Below, piece after piece: positions 59,248-64,000 of a stretch of 64,000 bases of DNA (its first letter is position 1; each line of letters begins with the position of its first letter). A model generated the notes under the pieces. That model saw only the letters and a program-made list of their open reading frames with translations. It was not told the origin of the DNA and did no database searches. A program made the position numbers and the translations under genes. The stretch comes from Heteronotia binoei (taxonomy: Eukaryota): contig NC_083228.1 in assembly GCF_032191835.1 (NCBI RefSeq), forward strand, positions 109,926,001 through 109,990,000, written 5' to 3'.

Positions 59248-60069
59248 ATGCAGGGGGGCATAAAAGAAATGCAAAATATTCTACTAACTGCCATAGCACA
59301 ACTGACTGGCAAAGTAGATAATATAGGAGATCAGATGGCAGAAATTAAACAAGAACTTCAAGAAAATAGAAAACAGACAGCAGAGACCAATAAAGCTTTA
59401 AAGGTCCTAGACACACAGGTGACAGACAACACACAAAAGGTGGAGCAAATGGGAAAAAAAAACAGAAAGCATATGATAGCAGACTTCTACAATTAGAGAT
59501 AGATAGAGCAGCCTATATGCTGAGGTTTCAAAATGTACCAGAAGAAAAAGCTGAAGATCTACAGAAAATACTAAGTGAAGCCCTGGCAGAAATCTTACAG
59601 GTGACACCTGACAAGATGGAGGAAGAGTTTGATCAAGTTAAGTGAGTCCCATCAAGCTTCATGAGGCGGAATAAACTACCTAGCAAAATCCATTTAAAGC
59701 TCATAAGGAAGAAGACTAGAGATAATATTCTGAAGCAAGTGAGAGATAAACCAGTGACGACAGCAGGAAACATGGTGAACATTTTGAGGGAGGTACCATG
59801 GCCAGTCAACCAAAGGAGAAGAGAATATCAATCTTTGACAAATTTTTTGAGAGAAAAAATGGCTAATGCCAGAAGGCCTGCTTTTTACCTATGAAGAGAA
59901 CAGATACAGGATAAATTCTATTTTTTAAAGTCCAAAACTTTTTGGAGAAAGTTGAGAAAAAAGAGGGGAAGAAAAAGAAGGAGGATGAAGAGGATGAAGA
60001 AATCTCAGATGAAGAGGACCCTAATGGAGTAAGGAAATATCCAACAAGATTGCAGACCAAAAAAGATTA
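59248..60069 (+). pseudogene. L1 ORF1p remnant (coiled coil plus RRM/CTD-like region, acidic tail)
   Basis: Heptad-rich N-terminus; after a frameshift in the A-run near 59455, LRFQNVPEEKAEDL...RNKLPSKIHLKLIRKKTRD...LREVPW; TGA near 59643; ends EDEEDEEISDEED...TKKD*. Confidence 0.8.
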
Positions 60070-60508
60070 AAAAAGATAGTGATTAAAAAACTCATAATGG
60101 CATAAATAATTTCTATTAATGTGAATGGACTTAACTCTCCCATAAAAAGGAGGAAATCTTTTAAATATTTGGCAAAACTGGAAATGGATATAATTTGTGT
60201 GCAAGAAACTCATATTTTGGCAAATGATCAACATTTATTGAAAAATAAGAAACTTGTCAATTTATTCACAGCAACAGACATAAATAAAAAGGGGAAGTTA
60301 TGGTAGATAATAAAAATGATCTTTTTGGTAAATATTTATGCCTAAAGACTGAGAAAAGAGAATACCAAAAGAATAATACCGGTATTGAAGGATGAAAATA
60401 ATAAGACATTTCTAAGACAGGAGAGACGTCAAATTGTGGAACAATTTTACAAAAGACTTTATGAAGACAAACAAGTCCAAAAGGAAGACCTAGAAGAATA
60501 CATTAAAC

Positions 60509-60863
60509 CATACCAAACCTTTACTGGCATAACAGTTGCAAATAAAAATACACAGAATATAAAAATTTAAACATTGAAGATAAAATCAAAATAAAACCGA
60601 GCTTACAGATGCATCCATACATGGTCTGATTTAAATTTAAGGACATCAGCCAAAAATTTTGCCTTAGCCTTGCTAACCTCCCCCTCAGTATCATTCAATA
60701 AATAATAACAGGGTGGCGGAATAGACAAATCTGGGGAGAAAGAAAGCTTGCAAAATAAATCTTTATGGAGATTATGATAAAAGGAACAATCAAGCAATAT
60801 ATGCTGAATTGAGTTGGGAATATTCGCTCCACAGGAACAGAGTCTGTCACCTAAAGGGACTCG
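60509..60863 (-). mobile_element. 5'-truncated RTE-X-like element inserted in L1 ORF2
   Basis: 13-bp TSD GAATACATTAAAC (60496-60508, 60864-60876); peptide RLCSCGANIPNSIQHILLDCSFY; 3' end ATGCCAGTAAAGG. Removing it restores EEYIKRNNLNKFTEEQQKILNEPIT. Confidence 0.85.
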
Positions 60864-62627
60864 GAATACATTAAACGAAACAATCTTAATAAATTTACAG
60901 AAGAACAACAGAAAATTCTAAATGAACCAATAACAATAAGGGAAGTGGGAGACACAATGACATCTCAAAAGAATGGTAAAGCACCGGGTCCAGATGGTTT
61001 ACCTGCAGAGTTTTATAAAGCCTATGAAGATTCTTTGTCGCTACCATTTAAATGTCTTATGGAAAGGATTCAAGAGGAAGCTCAAATACCAGCTTCATGG
61101 CAAGAAGCTGCAATATCCCTAATTCCAAAAGAGTGTGCATATTTGAAAGACATAAAACATTTTCGGCCAATTTCTCTGTTAAATGTGGATTACAACATTT
61201 TTGCTGCAATATTGGCACAATGCTTAAAGGTCCTACAGACCGTAATACACCAAGATCAGGCAGGATTTCTTCCTAGAAGATTCTTGAAAGATAATGTCAG
61301 AACAGTATGTAATATAATGGAATACTATGAAAACCATCCAGAGAAACAATTGGCATTAATCTGTCTGGATGCAGAGAAGACCTTTGACAATGTTCGTTGG
61401 CAATTCATGTTGCAACAATTGAAGGGAATGGACTGTGGTGAGAATTTTTTGAGAACAATACAATCAATATATTCCTCACAAGGGGCAAAGGTGAATGGTG
61501 AACTAGCAGAAGCAATTGCTATTCAAAAGGGTACAAGACAAGGTTGCCCACTGTCACCACTTCTTTTTATTTTGTGTTTAGAGATACTGAATAGCCAAAT
61601 AAGAGAAGATGCAAATATTAAAGGAGTGGTGATCAAGGGTGAACAATACAAATTGAGAGCCTTTGCAGATGATCTGGTTTTCATATTAGAGCAAGCAATA
61701 GATTCAATTGATTGTTTGATAAATAAGATTAACCAATTTGGCCATTGGGCAGGACTGAAGATTAATTACCACAAAACAAAATTTCCGACGAAGAACATGA
61801 CGACTGAACAAATTCAACTTCTCCAACGAAAATTAGGATTCTTTTATGAAAAAAGAATTAAATATTTAAGTGTATACATTACAAATAAATGCAGTAGTTT
61901 AAAGATGGATAACTATGATAAACTGCTTAAAGAAATTTAAAAAGATTTGGAAAAATGTCAAGATTTGAATTTATCCCTAATGAAAAGAATAGCTTCAGTA
62001 AAAATGAATATTTTGTCACGATTGTTATTTTTATTTCAAACTATTCCAGTACTTCTAACTAGTGCATTTTTTCAAGAACTGAATAGGATGGTCTCTGACT
62101 TCATTTGGTGAGGGAAAAAAACCAAGAATTAAGTTAAAGACATTGCAAGATTCTAAATTGAGAGCAGGCTTGGGCCTCCCAGATTGGCAATTGTACTACA
62201 GAACTTCAGTGCTTTCTTGGGTAAGAGACTGGGCATTACTGAATGACAGGAGACAGTTGTTGTTGGAGGGTCATGATCTCAATCTGGGTTGGCATGCGTA
62301 TTTATGGTATCAAAGATTAGAAGGGCACTCTTACTTCAAGAACCATTGGTTCTGGAAATCTCTCTATCACACATGGTCATGGCTAAAACCAAGACTCTAC
62401 CAGAAAATTCCAAGATGGACGTCCCCAGTGGAAGCATTTACACCCCCAAACTTTATGAAACCTAACCAGATTTATAGATATGAAGAACTTTTGAAAAATG
62501 ATAATCAACTGAAAACCAGGGAAGAGTTAGAAAATATGGACATTAAAATGAGTTAGTGGTTGAGAACATAAGTTGAATCCAGATATGCCAAAGACAACAG
62601 ACTATAATATAGAACAATATCCATTTG

Positions 62628-62630
<3 letters not shown>

Positions 62631-62685
<55 letters not shown>

Positions 62686-63388
62686 TTATTTATACCCCGC
62701 CCTCTCCGCCTAGGCAGGCTCAGGGCGGCTAACAAGACAAGGTAAAACCATGATACAATAAAACAGTATATAATATAATTAATAATTTAACAATAAAACC
62801 AATAAAACAGTATGACATTATGGTACAATCAAATTATGTATAAGATGTCTCATTGTTATTGATATTATCAGGAGTTCCGTCTTAAAAAGCTAGCTGGAAG
62901 AGGGCAGCACCTCTTCCGGCAGTTGATTCCACCATTGGGGGGCCTTTGTAGAGAATGCCTGTTCTCTGGTAGTTTTTAATTTGGTTTCTTTTGGCCCAGG
63001 GATTTCGAGAAGATTTTTTGAGCTTGATCGCAGTGCTCTCTGGGGAACATATGGAGAGAGGCAGTCCCTAAGGTAGGCAGGTCCTCGACCATATAGGGCT
63101 TTAAAGGTGATGACCAGCACCTTGTAACGAACCTGGTAAACAATTGGCAGCCAGTGCAAGTCCCGCAGCCCAGACTGCACATGTTCCCACCAAGGCAATC
63201 TCAATAGCAGCCTGGCTGCTGCATTTTGCACTAGCTGCAGTTTCCGGGTTCGGTACAGGGGCAGCCCCATGTAGAGGGCATTACAGTAGTCTAACCTCGA
63301 GGTGACCGTTGCGTAGATCACTGTTGCCAGGTCGCTGCGCTCCAGGAAGGGGGCCAACTGCCTCGCCCGTCTAAGGTGAAAAAAGGTG
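62631..63388 (-). mobile_element. 5'-truncated L2 LINE with (ATT)n tail inserted in L1 ORF2
   Basis: ORF 62890-63357 VTSRLDYCNALYMGLP...LQLVQNAAARLL...LHWLP...APQWWNQLP; (AAT)n at 62631-62680 on the plus strand. Confidence 0.92.
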
Positions 63389-64000
63389 GACTTTTTAGGT
63401 CCTCAAGAAAAACTAATTTCCAAGCTATATTCATACTTATTACAGATGAAGATGCAAGACAAGATTGTTAAAGATTTTATGGTCCAATGGGTGAAAAATC
63501 TGGGGCGTAATGTTATGTTAGAAGAATGGGAGATGTTATGGAAATTCAATATTAAATTAACTAAGTCAGTAACCTTTAAAGAAAATCTACGGTATATAAG
63601 ATGTTCTATAGATGGTATATAACGCCACAGAAATTGTGTAAGATGTATACTAACATGTCTAACAAATGTTGGAAATGTACTAAACATGTTGGGTCCATCT
63701 GTCATGTGTGGTGGACCTGTGATGTGGTGAAAGATTATTGGAAGATTGTTCATGAACTATTACAGAAAATTCTGAAGACACAGATTCAATTTAAACCAGA
63801 ACTATTTTTATTGAACATATATCCTAATGACTATTCCAAAGAGATGAGACATTTGTTGGCGCACATTAATAAAGCAGCTAGAATTCTTTTGGCACAGAAA
63901 TGGAAACTTCAGGAGATCCCCACAAGATTGGACTTGGTGGGGAAAATTCTGGAAACTGTCGAATTGGACTACTTGTCCCAGTTGATGGCTGGGAAATCTA

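Larger units (their letters stand above)
57302..64000 (+). mobile_element. Decayed near-full-length L1-clade LINE (5' UTR, ORF1, ORF2; 3' end beyond the window)
   Basis: CpG-containing 5' end GGGACTTCCGGTTTTGGCG; about 1.9-kb leader; ORF1 and ORF2 remnants in L1 order. The 5' boundary is inferred. Confidence 0.88.
60097..64000 (+). pseudogene. L1 ORF2p remnant (APE endonuclease N-terminus, RT, C-terminal CCHC)
   Basis: ISINVNGLNSPIKRRK...ICVQETH; GKAPGPDG, FRPISLLNVD, KGTRQGCPLSPLLF, AFADD (ORF 60945-61940); CWKCTKHVGSICHVWWTC near 63665-63720; multiple stops, deletions and insertions. Confidence 0.92.

Overview
This is vertebrate genomic DNA, not prokaryotic. The repeat families point to a squamate, most likely a gecko: Squam3-type (TTC)n-tailed tRNA SINEs, Sauria/Squam2-like SINEs, a 5S-derived SINE, CR1, L2, RTE-BovB, RTE-X-like, Penelope and L1 remnants, and many non-autonomous hAT MITEs. 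I could not recognise any cellular protein-coding gene, so the window reads as intergenic or deep intronic. Every recognisable ORF is a retroelement remnant: two young 5'-truncated CR1 copies (10977-12789, 27178-28478), an RTE-X-like RT fragment (4387-5775, minus), and a decayed near-full-length L1 (57302 to beyond 64000) carrying later insertions. Sixteen DNA-transposon insertions can be delimited by TIRs plus 8-bp TSDs. Two sized N gaps (34706-34901, 42864-43174) indicate a scaffolded draft assembly. The most interesting signals are: (i) a 180-bp hAT MITE hit by further hAT elements inside both of its own TIRs, which contain the nTnnnnAn target motif; (ii) four perfect POU octamers within 165 bp of apparently unique DNA; (iii) an hAT MITE carrying a KLF/SP site next to an octamer; (iv) inverted Penelope ends with hammerhead-ribozyme relics; (v) a CR1 duplication breakpoint that coincides with the 5' truncation point of the second CR1 copy. 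I found no convincing wholly new system. Family names come from recalled consensus features, not from database searches.
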